Assembly: GCA_002269645.1 (NCBI GenBank)
Contig: NIVC01001474.1
Span: 1-64,000 of the forward strand
Origin: Macrostomum lignano
Lineage: Eukaryota
Length of the DNA stretch: 64,000 nucleotides
Direction: 5' to 3'
The notes beneath the pieces are model-generated. The model was not told the origin of the DNA and ran no database searches. It saw nothing but the letters and a program-made list of their open reading frames with translations. Positions 27,962-39,004 of this stretch are shown here, piece after piece (the first letter of the stretch is position 1; each line of letters opens with the position of its first letter). The translations under genes were made by a program, and so were the position numbers.

Positions 27962-29528
27962 ATGAAAACTAAAATCGAAGTTCTCACTTTTCTGCTGCTG
28001 CTGTTCGTCTACAGCCATCCAGCTGACTGTCTTGCCGTCACCTTCGTCAAGGAGTCCAATCTTTGCCTAAAGAATTCAACGCCAGCAGCAGTCGCGGCAG
28101 TCCCGCCCGCTGCAAACTCCACTAACGCGACCTTTCGTCGAATCTCCGGCATTGCCGACGTTCGAGTGTGCGCTGTGGAGTGCGCCGCTGCGGGCTCGCT
28201 GCGGTGTTCGGTGTTCCAGCTAGTTCCAGGATCGGAGCAGGGTTCCAGCTCGCCCGGTGACTGTCTGCTCGGCTCCTCCTGCGACCTGGCTAATCAGTGG
28301 AGCTACAACAACAACTATTCTAACGGTGAATGCCTCACTCAAGTGCTCGACGATCGCCTGTCGTGTGACGCTCTGTTGGCCAGTCCGATGATCTATTCGG
28401 GTTCGTGAGATTCCTCTTATTTAGAATTTAAATTGTTACTCTCTAAATCTTAGAATAATAATTATTATTTGCCCGTAAAGCAACACGACATTGACGATGA
28501 CCAATGTTTTTTTCGATTAGTATCGGACGTCGCTAGCTAAATGGGGATATTTACACTACACCGACGTTTAGCCAACGTGTTTGGCATAATTTAAAAATAC
28601 CCATTCGTCTATGTCGTTCATATAGACATCGGGTACATCGGAAACTGGTCGGAATGTTGCAAAGAATATATACTTAAACAAATTTGTTATTGAGAAATAG
28701 AGTATTTACAAAATGTGATGCTTTCAATGCAGCCAACAATGCAGCCACCTCCACTGGTCGGTTCGGCTATCTGCAGCATTTCTCGCTGACAAGTTCGTCC
28801 GGCTGCTTCTCAATAACAGCTTGGGGCGCTAAGGGCGGATCAGCTGATGGCGGCGCCGGCGGTCGCGGCGCCATCATTAGCGCCAGATTTGCTCTACCAG
28901 CTGCTAACGGTTTATTGACGCAACTAACTCTGGTTCTCGGCCAGGCCGGAACCAGCAACAACTGCGGCGGCGGAGGCGGCGGCGGCACATTTGTATATTT
29001 CCGTCGGAACAACACCGGCAACGACGCAGCCGATTGGAAGCTGCTGCTGGTTGCTGGGGCGGTGGCGGCGCCGGAGCTGGCAGTTCAGGCAACAGTGCCG
29101 GATTGTCGTTCTCGCGCAGCGGAGCCGGAACTGGAGGCGGGGCCTCTTCCATTCCGTCGTGCGGCGGTGGCGGCGCCGGTTGGAGCGGATCCGGCGCGGA
29201 CTGCGACGCGTCGACAAAGCAGGGCTTCGGCGGCAGTTCCGGTCGCGCTAACGGATGGGCTGGCGGAGCTTCAAGCGCTACGGGAGTCGGTGGATTTGGC
29301 GGCGGCGGCGGCGCAGGAGATGGGAACGGAAATTCTGGCGGTGGCGGAGGTGGCGGCGGCTTTGCTGGCGGTCGCGGAGGCACAAGTTCCGGCGGATCTG
29401 GCAGCGCGGGTAGCAACTTCGCGGCCCTAGAAGCCAAAGGCGTTACTGTCAGTTCCAACGTGCAGACTAGCGGTGGAAGAGTAAAAATTGAACTGTTAGG
29501 GACCGCGAGCAGTGACTTGTGCGCCTGA
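27962..29528 (+). CDS. Secreted protein (~411 aa): signal peptide, PAN/apple-like Cys domain, ALK/LTK-type glycine-rich domain; one frameshift
   Basis: Exon 27962-28400 (MKTKIEVLTFLLLLFVYSHPADC; CAVECAAAGSLRCSVFQL..DCLL). Phase-1 intron 28401-28732 (GTTCGT..TGCAG). Exon 28733-29528 with ITAWGAKGG..GGRGA..LVLGQAG..GGGGGGTFV..LLLVAG. One missing G in the run at 29056-29059 joins the two ORFs. Confidence 0.8.
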
Positions 29529-30901
29529 GCTTGGTATAATTTTGCTAGCTGAACATGAATGTGCATGTATGTTTCGGTTGATGAAATGCGTAACCGTACG
29601 GCAGTCTGCAAAAAAATCCGTCAAGGGACACTTATAATTACATGTCAATATTTTAAGTTTATATTCCTGTTTATCCTGGTACATGTACGAGTGTGCGCAT
29701 GTATTGAATTTTTTTATGAAAGTCCATAGGACTACATAGATTACCATGTTTACGTGGTACATGTATTTCCTAAATATTTTTTCCTAAAATTCATATCAAC
29801 AAATAAAATAGTTATATCATGATTTTTACTATCATGATTCGTAATAAAAATAAAAGCTTATAATGCATGAATTTACATATTTTTTGTATCTTCACAGTAA
29901 TTGTGAATGATTGGATATCAAACTATTTAGAACAGAGTACGGGGAAAGGCCTATTAAAGAAATGTAAGTGTTACAAAAATTGCAGCAAAAGTCCACCCGG
30001 CCAACTTTGACCAACGCAGTTTTGCATCTGAGAAAAACAAATAATTGTGTATTAAAAAGGATCGTAGATTTTTTAAAACAAACTACAAAAGCTGCTTGAC
30101 CGTTTAAATATAAAAATACTTTACATAGAACTTTCTGTAAAAGAAAGCCTCAATGAAATATTTGTTTTAATGCAAAGCAAAAACTGGTTTGAGCTACACA
30201 CTTTCCGGTTCGGACGGACTGCACTCTATTGACGACGACCGTCTAATCGTTAGTACAGCAAATGAAATTATGATTAGACTGACTAAAATGCCTGTTATGG
30301 TGTAGACTTTTGTATAGGCTAATGGCTCTGAGCATTAGATAGAGCAGTTGAAAGTAATAAATAGGCTAGAGCAGTAGCTAGAGTGGTAGTCGTAGATAGA
30401 TCAATAGAACAGATCTACTGGGCAATAAAAGTAGCGATAGTAGATACTAGATAGAGCTAGGCCCTGGCCTAGAGTATTTTCAGATTCTATCTACCATCCT
30501 TTGGCCTCAGATATCCTTTTCTACAATGGCACTATGTTTTAACTTTTAGCAAAAATTCAAACTTGAAAATAATAATGCAAAACAAACCAAAAGATTGCCT
30601 TAAATTTATTTAGCTATAGGCCTAGCATAGGGCCTAATTATAAAAAAAAATATATTTGTGGCTGCTACAATAGGTCATGATCTATTTTATCTTTTAAATA
30701 AAATACAAAGATAAAATACAAAGACAAATACAAATTATAATTTTGACATTTATCAAGCCCTGTTACAGTGTTAGAATAAAAAAATAGACAAAAGTAAAAA
30801 ATTGTCCAACTCAACTGTCTAATGCAACTTTAGAATTTTCTAGTGTCAAATTTATAGCTGAAGTCAAGGCAGATGGTCTTGCAACAATATAGAACAGTTT
30901 T

Positions 30902-31966
30902 GGGTAAATGTTAGGGATATCTATGACGGCATTCCTTCAGTTTACAATCATTGAAATTAGTGACAATCCCCATTGGAGAGATAGGGAAGATACAAAATTG
31001 TTGTTTATTTCATCAAAATGCAAAAAAAACAGTGTAGACAAGCACTCCAATCCTTTTTATTTATCCATCATAACACTAGTTGCATGTTCAAATGAAAAAA
31101 GAAGGTAAAGGGGTTATAGTGGTCCATTTCACAGTTCCAAGAATCCAAAGATGAACCTATATATCCATTTCAGTTTACAATCATTTAAATGGAAGAGATA
31201 GGCCTACATGTAAATGATCGTGAACCGAAGCTAGCGTATGTGTGTAAAGGGGTTTTGGTGTTTTACAAGCTCTATCTGAAATCTATCACTATCTCAATAC
31301 ATGGCTAGCTTCAGTTCACGATCATTGACATATATTGCTTACATCTAAATGATTGTAAACCGAAGCTGAGGGGGGGTGGCAGCATGCAGAGAATAATAAA
31401 ACATCAAGTTATTTGGGAGCGCATGTTAACTCAAGATGACATTTCAATCGCCAACAAGCTACCAATTATTATATGACTACATATGTCTTCGACACCCCCC
31501 TCAGCTTCGGTACACGATCATTTAAATAGAAGAAATACATGTAAATGATCGTGAACCAAAGCTAGCCATGTATTGAGATAGTGATCGATTTCAGATAGAG
31601 CTTGTAAAACACCAAAACCCCCTTACACACATATGCTAGCTTCGGTTCACGATTATTTACATGTATTGCTTCTATTTAAATGATCGTAAACTGAAGTGGA
31701 TATATAGGATCCTTGTCATTGCCATGCCATGAAAGAAACCATTTGTCAGCTATTCCGTTCAGTTTTTTTAATGTAATGAATATGCTCAGTTTAACAATTT
31801 TTGTTTATTTCAAGCAAGCTATGATCATTTATATGAAAAATTACATGGGGATTGTGAACCGAAATGTGAAATGTGGGTGGAAAATGATTGTAAACTGAAG
31901 GAATGCCACTATGACTGTCTTATTAGGGTGGCCTAAGGCTAGGCCGCTAAATGCCTCATTATCTAA
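30902..31966 (+). other. Degenerate 28S rRNA-derived fragment (R2 target region), split by the 980-bp MITE
   Basis: GGGTAAA-12 nt-CTATGAC [MITE] ACTATGACTGTCTTA..AAATGCCTCATTATCTAA, compared with canonical eukaryotic 28S GGGTAAACGGCGGGAGTAACTATGACTCTCTTAAGGTAGCCAAATGCCTCGTCATCTAA. Confidence 0.6.
30928..31907. mobile_element. 980-bp non-autonomous DNA transposon (MITE/foldback-like) with 25-bp perfect TIRs and long internal inverted arms
   Basis: GGCATTCCTTCAGTTTACAATCATT at 30928-30952 and its reverse complement at 31883-31907. Flanking 8-mers TCTATGAC/ACTATGAC (TSD with one mismatch). Inverted arms ~31150-31378 and ~31494-31715. Confidence 0.88.
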
Positions 31967-33001
31967 ATTCTAGGCCTAATTGCTGCTAGGCCTATACTTG
32001 TATTCAATGCAAAAGTTAACATGTTCTATGTCATATCACATTTTTGAGCTATTAGTTTTAGACTCTGTAAATAGTATATATCTGTAGGTTTTCTACATTT
32101 ATTCTAATCTAATAGAGTTATCAAGTCATCAATCATTCATTTATATAAAGCGTAGCATAGGCCCTTAGTTTTTGCTAAATGTATCGTAGGGCTTCTTATA
32201 TTCTTGATATCCCACCCCTTAGTCACCAAAAGTTGTTGTAGGGCTGCTTGTTCTCATTGTAACTATCCTACTATTGCAGCCAAAAGCTTTTCTAAGGCTT
32301 TCTCTTCCTCTATTTATTATTTAGACCTATTCTTACTAAGTTGCAATAGGGGTGACTATTTTATCAAGCTCACTTAGTCTTAATGTACTTTTGCATATAC
32401 TTTTACTTGTTGGTAGCGTGACTACTTCTTTATCTACTTCTATGTTGGTAGCATCTATTTGTCTTGTCTATTGGTAGCATTTGTATAGGTATTGTACCTC
32501 TAGCCTGAGCAGTCTAATTGCATTGCCTACTTTATTCTTACTCTTATAGAGGTTTTTTTTCTTAGTCCAAGCATTCCCTAGATCAGAGGGTCACAGTCTA
32601 CTTGCTAGGTATTCTGCCCTAAGGTGGATTTCTTGGACTCTGAGTCTGGATTATATACCATTTGGTAAGTGTTCTGCCCTCTAAGGCGATTTACTGCTCT
32701 AAGGCAGTCCTCCTTAGACTACTAAGTAATTCTCACTTTCAGCGGTTTTCAATTCTCCCAATTTTGAGGTTTCTTAGTGCTCAAGAAATTAAATAAGCCG
32801 ATTTGAACAATTGCTTAAAGATTTTAATTGTTAGTATGTTCAAGTTTGCTCGAGTTGCTTGAAGGCAAGGTTGCTCTTCTTGGCCCTTGACTTACTTGAC
32901 TTAGCTGCAGGGGGCGTCCGGCGGATGCAGCGAGGAGGCGGAGGAGACCGCCCATTCTGCTAGCCCCTGGCGACCAACAACTTCCGTTGAAGTGGTGTCG
33001 C

Positions 33002-36000
33002 TCAGGGGGACCCGTCGGTCTCGCCTGCAGCGCGGTCCTCCTCACCGACGGTGGGGAAGAAATCAGCTCGTCCGGTGTCCCTGAGGTACCGGGCGAGCAG
33101 CGGGATGCTCTCGGGCCTGCAAACGTCGGAGAGAACCGGGTTTGGCCCGAGGTGAGTAAGCCTGGCCCTGGTGAAAACCGGGCAGTGGCAGATAAAATGC
33201 TCGGCGTTTTCACTGCCTGAGCGGCAGAAGGGGCACCGCTCCTCGGTACTTGGCCCTGAAGGAAGCGGTGGCGAGAGAAGCAGCCATGCCCGGAGAGGGC
33301 CATGCTAACTGCTCTGAGGTCTCTGCGGTTGAGCCTGAGGAGGGCTCTACGCAGGAGAGGAGAGGGACAGAGGACGGCAGCACGGGATTGCCTACAATTC
33401 CGGGTGTCGTGCCACCTGCGGAGATGCTCGGAGTCAGCCCAGCGCTTAACGCGGGAATTGATCACCGAGGCGGGGATGGGGGCACCCGGGCCCGGCCCCA
33501 ATAGCGCGCCGGCGGAGCCAGCCTTGGCCAGCAGGTCAGCGCGCTCGTTGCCAAGGAAGCCGGCATGGCCCGGGATCATACATGCGCAACAGTCGGCCGA
33601 GTCGGCCGATCCGGCCGACCGATTTGGCGGCCAACCAAGGAAGTCGCAAAAACGGCCACCCGAAAAATAACGAAGTAGTAGTACTAAGTAGCTGACGAGG
33701 CATTTTGAGTTAATAAGACAGTCATAGTTACTTCTGCCGTTTACCCAAAGTTGCGTTAATTTAGCTTTAGGGTTTTTTTTACATCTAAGTCGCATTTTTG
33801 GCCAAAAACTACGTCGCATTTTTGTTAAAACTAAGTCGCATGGCCGACCGAATTTCGGAGGTTGCGCATGTATGCCCGGGATCCATCTGAGCTCCACCTG
33901 GTTGCCTAGCACAAGCCCGTTGAGCTGGGTGTTGCAGTCCAGGACGGACCTGGAGCTGGCGGTGCTGCGGCAGAGGGCCCAAAGGGCTGCTTGGCTGTCA
34001 GAGTGAAAAATATATTTCCGGCCGCTAAGCTGCCTTCGGCGCAGCTCTGCTGCGCAGGAGCTGATGGCAAGCACCTCGCTCTGAAAAACACTGGAGTTGA
34101 GCCCAGTGTGCTGGGAGTAGCTCCACACCACTTCTCCCTTGAAGAAGACGCAAGCTCCGAAGCCTGAAAGACCATGCCTCATAAAGCCGTCAGTGTAACA
34201 GTGGACTTCAGAGTCGCTCCAGCTGTCACTCGCCTCGTGTCGAGGCTGAATGGTGACCTTATACCTTTGGCTCAGGAGAAGGGTGGCTGGGATCGAGTCC
34301 GTGAGAATGTTGAGCCCGCCACACTCCTCGAGAGCCTTGAGGCAGAGGTCAGAGTGCGGGATAAGCGACCGCTTCTTAAAGGCCCGCACTTTCTTGAAGG
34401 CCACCCCAGCATCCAGAAGACGCCGGGTGCTCTTCGCCGCCTCTCCTTTGATATAAATATCCAAAGGAGGGGCACAGAGGAAGGCATTCATGCCTTCAAA
34501 AGGAGTAGAGGGTGGAGCGCCCATAGTCATGCGGCAGGCTCTGCCCTGGATTTTGTAGAGAGCGTCGAGGTTGCTCTTGACGCTCAGGCCGCTAGCCCAC
34601 ACGAGGCTGGCGTAACTGATCGAGGGGCGGATGATGGCAGTGTAAATCCACCACAGCTTCCTGGGGGTGAGCCCCCAGGTGGTGCCCACGGCGCGCCTGA
34701 TCTGAGCCAGTACAGCCAGGGCTTTTTTGGCTTTAGTTTGAATGTGCAGAGTCCAGTTCTGCTGCTTCTCCATGGAAATATTCTTTCCATAGAGGGTGAG
34801 GGGCTTAATGATCCAGAGCAGTTTGTTGGTAAACATGACTGCTGTGGTTTTCGACTCTGAGAGTCTAAGGCCACATTGGTCTGCCCAACGCTCCGCTCGT
34901 CCCAGAAAGCCCTGCAGAAGGTCTCTGATGGTATCAACCGAGGGGCCCGCGCATATCGCGGTCACATCATCGGCATAGCCCACCTTGAGAATGGGGTCGT
35001 GGAGATCACTGCAAAGCAACTCATCCATGACCATGTTCCAGAGAACGGGGGTGAGAACGCCGCCCTGGGGGCCCCCTTTCAGGACAGGCACCGAAAGAGA
35101 GCTGCCGCTCAGGTGGGCCACAACAGTGCGGTTTCGGATCATGAACATGATCCACCAGACAAGGTGAGGGTGCGTGGCCCTGGATTCCAGGGCTCTGCAA
35201 AAGGCCTCGAAGATGACGTTGTCGAAGGCCCCCTCAATGTCCAGGAAAAGCGAGAGGGCAAAGCCGCTGCCAAGAACGGCCCTCTCCAGGAAGTCAACAA
35301 TGACATGGAGAGCACTCTCGGTTGACCTGCCCGCGCGGAAGGCGTGCTGGTTCTGCAAGAGTGGGAAGCGCTTCAGCTCGACCGAAAGTAGGCGCCAAAG
35401 CACCAGTCTCTCGAGGAGCTTGAGGCAGAAAGAAGTGAGGCTGATAGGCCTGAAGGCCTTCACCGATTGGTAGTCGCTCTTTCCAGGCTTGGGGATAAAG
35501 ACCACCCGGGCCTCTCTCCATGCAACTGGTACATAGCCCAGCTCCACACAAGCTCGAAGGAGACGACAGAGCAGGTCCAGGAAGCGGTGGTTTTTCACCG
35601 CCTCGTGCAAGAACGCTGGGTAGATGCCGTCGGGCCCAGGCGCCTTGAACGGGTTAAAGGACCTTGCCGCTCTAATAATGCGGTCTTTGGTGATCATAGA
35701 CTTTGCTAGGCCTTGCCCTCCCACTGTGTGGTCGGGCGGGCCCTGCTGAGTCGGAGATTTAGGGAAAAAACTGTTGAGCATGAGCTCCAGAGTCTCTTCC
35801 GAACTCTCTGTGACCGAGCCGTCAGGTCTCTTCACAACAGAGAGTTTAGAAAAACGGTCATTAGTGAGTGCCTTAACCACGCGGGCTACGGGGCGAGAGC
35901 CCTCAAGCCCTTTGCAATATTGGCGCCACTTGGCCGTCTTGGCCCTTCTGACTTGGCCCTTAAACTCGTGGATCGCACGGGTATAGGCCTCTCTGTCAGA

Positions 36001-36976
36001 TGGGTCTTTGGTTTTGAGCGCTCGCCTTTGGAGGGTACTGGCTCGGCGCCGAAGGGCCCTGAGCTCTGGGTTCCACCAGGGAGCAGATTTCTTGCCTTTA
36101 TAGGCCTTTAGGGGGCAGGCTGCTTCAAAGGCAGTGGTGATCGCCCCGCCCAGGGAGGAGGCGAGATCGTCCACCACCTGGCAGTCAGAGAGGTCACTGG
36201 GGGGGTCAAGATCCCGAAGGCCGCGGCTCAGCTTCGAGCCAAAGGCGGCCCAATCGGTGTTCCTGACGTTCCGACTCCAAGTGACCTTAGGCTTTTGCTT
36301 GGTCGGCCCAATGCAAAAGCGGATAAAGCGGTGGTCCGAGAGCGAGTCCTCGTCCCACACTCGCCAGCCCGTAACTGCGGAAAGCAGTCCGGGTGAGGCG
36401 ATGGTGGTGTCGATGACTTCGGCCCACGCCCATTATTGAACGTTGGTGCATTGCCCACGTTACAGAAGTTGAGGTTAGTGCTGCTGACATAGGCCAGCAG
36501 CTCCTCGCCTCTGCTATTGATGTTCTTGCTGCCCCAATGCAGGTGGTGTGCGTTCACATCCCCTGCAATGAGCAGCTCGAACCGATGGGACGCAGCATAG
36601 TCAGTAAGGTTGACTAACGCGTCGCAGACAACTGGGGCATCGCCCGGGAAATAGGCAGAAGCTACTAGCACAGGTTTATTGGGAATGAGGTTATTGATTT
36701 GAACAACACATATGTCCCCAGTCGAGAGATCAGGTCTCATCCATGCCTCAAAAGCTTTTGCAGCAAAGACCAAGATCTTGGGCGAGGCTGAGAGCCCGCC
36801 ATGCAAAAACAGTGGTAGCCAGATGGCACATTATTTGGCTTACCTTTAGTCATCCAGGGCTCCTGTACGAAGACCAGGCCCGGAAGCTGTTGCTCTGCCG
36901 TGCGCATCAGGTTGACCGACGCCGCCACGCAGTGCTGGGTGTTGATCTGCAGACACCAGGTAGTCGCTGGCATCAT
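33002..36976 (-). CDS. LINE ORF2: APE endonuclease, reverse transcriptase, RNase H, C-terminal Cys/His motif; several frameshifts
   Basis: LQINTQH..VQEPW; SAYFP; AGDVNAH; SDHRFI; KAPGPDG; FRPISL; LDIEGAFD; GGPQGGVL; YADD; YTDG; HSDSQAAL; WIPG..HAGFLGNERAD; CPFC..ENAEHFICHC in the shifted frame, stop at 33002. Confidence 0.9.
33577..33874. mobile_element. 298-bp MITE (hAT/P-like: CA.. TIR, 8-bp TSD) inserted in the LINE RNase H
   Basis: TIR CATACATGCGCAAC / GTTGCGCATGTATG. TSD CCCGGGAT at 33569-33576 and 33875-33882. Subterminal repeats GGCCGACCGA and AAGTCGCA. Confidence 0.93.
33683..33746 (-). other. 64-nt 28S rRNA-derived fragment (R2/I-PpoI target region) inside the 298-bp MITE
   Basis: GGGTAAACGGCAGAAGTAACTATGACTGTCTTATTAACTCAAAATGCCTCGTCAGCTACTTAGT; about 80% identical by hand to canonical eukaryotic 28S as recalled. 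Confidence 0.85.
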
Positions 36977-38477
36977 TGCAGATCGGATGTTGCAGCCGCC
37001 AGGAGTTCCTCCTCCTCCTCGGCGCTCACCGGCTTCGGGTCGGGGTCGCCGGTGTCCATGGGCTCTTCTTCAGCAAAAGGCCCCCGATTGGCCGGAAGGC
37101 AGTAGGCAGCGTTCGCCGCCCTTTGCCCACCATCCATGGGGTCCTCCGCCTCAGATTGGCCCAATGCCCTGGAGCAGCCAGCCGCCTGGGCAGGCGGGTC
37201 CGTCTCCAGTCGGCCCTGCCCCGAGGGGTTGGGCCCAGCTGGGACGTCCCCACCCTCCCTGGACGAAACTGGTGCGCCTAGGCGTCCCGGCGACCTCTCG
37301 CCTCAGCTGGGAGATTTTGGCGGTACGGACTGCCTCAGCTGCACGCTGGTACAGGCCGCGCCGCTTGGTGCTGCGCGCCGGACGTCGGTCGCCTCCGCCC
37401 TCAGCAGCGCGCTCAGCTTTGCCCGCGCGGCCGTGCTGCCGGGCAGGGCGGTTTGCTTTGGCAGTCTGAGCAGAGGCTTGCGCCTCGGCCCCGGCCGCCT
37501 CCGCATCCCGCCCGCCCTGCTCACTGCCACGGGGAGGGTCGGCCTCGTAGGAGCGGATGCGCAGCTTCCAAAGGCCGACGTTGATGAAGCTGCCGTGTGG
37601 CGTCCGACAGCCCCAGGATGGCTGTGAAGCCAGTGCCGTCGGTGCGCTTAAGGGTGTCATGCACCACTAGGCCCGCGGCGGGAAGCTCCCGGTTGACTGC
37701 TAGCAGTCCTTTCCGGAGCTCGTCAGCAGAGGTAACAACGCTCCTGGCCGGGACCCAGATTCGATGCCTCTTGGTCCGGGGGCGCTCGTCCTCTCTGCAG
37801 AAGGCTAGGTTGAGGTCCCAGCTCTGCTCGGGCAGCAGCTCAAGGAGCCGCCGACCCGAGTCAGCATCACTGGGCCAAATGAGAAGGCACGAGTCCCTCG
37901 TCGCATTCGAATGAATGTTCAGAGGCGTGCCCTTCAGAGTTTGCTTCCACAGGAGGCCATCAACGGCACTTCTCACCTGCTTCAGCTGATTGGGAGACAG
38001 GCGCGCGTCCTTTCCCAGGATGACAACCGCCGGTTGCCTCTTTGCCGCATCAGCATAGGAGGCCCGGGGGTCAGTGGAGCTTTCTTCAGGTGGGCTGTCC
38101 ACCCTCCCGGCTGCATCGGCCTCCCTATCCTGGGCAGGGGCTTCCGTGGGCTCGAGGCCCTCTTCCGCCACCGCCCCAGACTGGGAAGCTTCCGCTGCCG
38201 CGGGCCGTTGGCCCCTGGCACCGGTTTGGCTTCCGCCCTCCTTGGCCCGCCTCGCCTTGTTAAGTCGACGGCGGGCAGCTCCAGAGGTGGTGCTGCGTTT
38301 CTTAGCAGCTGAAGTAGCAGGTGTCTTCTCGGAGGCACCGCTCAGAGTTGGCTCCACGGGTCTCGCCGAGGCGTCCCCGATGGTAGCAGGTGGTATGGCC
38401 GAGGAGTCCACGGCCCCAGCCGAGGCCGGAGGCACTGTGTCATCCACAGCCGGTTGATTTCTTCGGTTAGAAGCCAT
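36973..38477 (-). CDS. LINE ORF1 (LOA-type, DUF4780-like central region), frameshifted near 37520-37660
   Basis: MASNRRNQ start, basic RRRLNKARRAK stretch, WDLNLAFC..KRHRIWVP segment; ends at a TGA that overlaps the ORF2 ATG. Confidence 0.7.
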
Positions 38478-39004
38478 TGGCTGGAAGTAAAAAGGTGGGA
38501 CTTCCTGCAGAACACAGGCAAAGAGCCGCAAGGCCGCAACCCCAAACCAAGCGGCAGGCCCCCAAAAAGCAAAATACCACCCTGCGGGGGGACCCAAAAG
38601 CGCAAGGGGAACCGTTAGCGACCAGACTACTCCCTGGCCAAGCGTCCATCAGCACGGAGTTACACTGGGACATTAGAGGGTGCGTTTATGGTCACACCAG
38701 GACCCGGCGCCAACGAATCAGCTCGGCAGGGCCCAAGGGGGCCTGCCTTAACACCCACGGGACGAGTACCCTTCGAAGTGCGCCTTGTAAGGTGAAAATC
38801 AGGAGACAGAGTCTCTTGAGCTATCAGCCCGCCAGGGGAGGCAGGTGTGAGCATCGCTGGCTGGGATAAAGGCCATACCAGTCTCATACTGCACAGATAG
38901 TTCACCACGCCATTACGTGCAGGACCCGGGGTCCTGGGGGCAACAGCCCCGGCCTCTTCTTGGCCCGCTCTAGGTATCTATTTATACTCTTTGCACAATA
39001 TATT

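Larger units (their letters stand above)
32887..38953 (-). mobile_element. Full-length non-LTR retrotransposon, LOA/Lian-like (ORF1; APE-RT-RNase H-Cys/His motif)
   Basis: 13-bp TSD CTCTTCTTGGCCC at 32874-32886 and 38954-38966; short TAAGTCAAG tandem 3' tail; ORF1 and ORF2 motifs as listed in the next two entries. Confidence 0.92.

Noticed and set aside
33683-33746. Real rRNA gene
   Set aside because: Only about 64 nt of similarity, inside a MITE; no flanking rDNA.
38700-38953. HDV-like ribozyme in the LINE 5' UTR (known in some LOA-clade elements)
   Set aside because: GCC-TCCCCT-GGC resembles P3/L3 and there are GC hairpins, but I could not build P1, P1.1 or J4/2 by hand. It needs a descriptor or covariance search.
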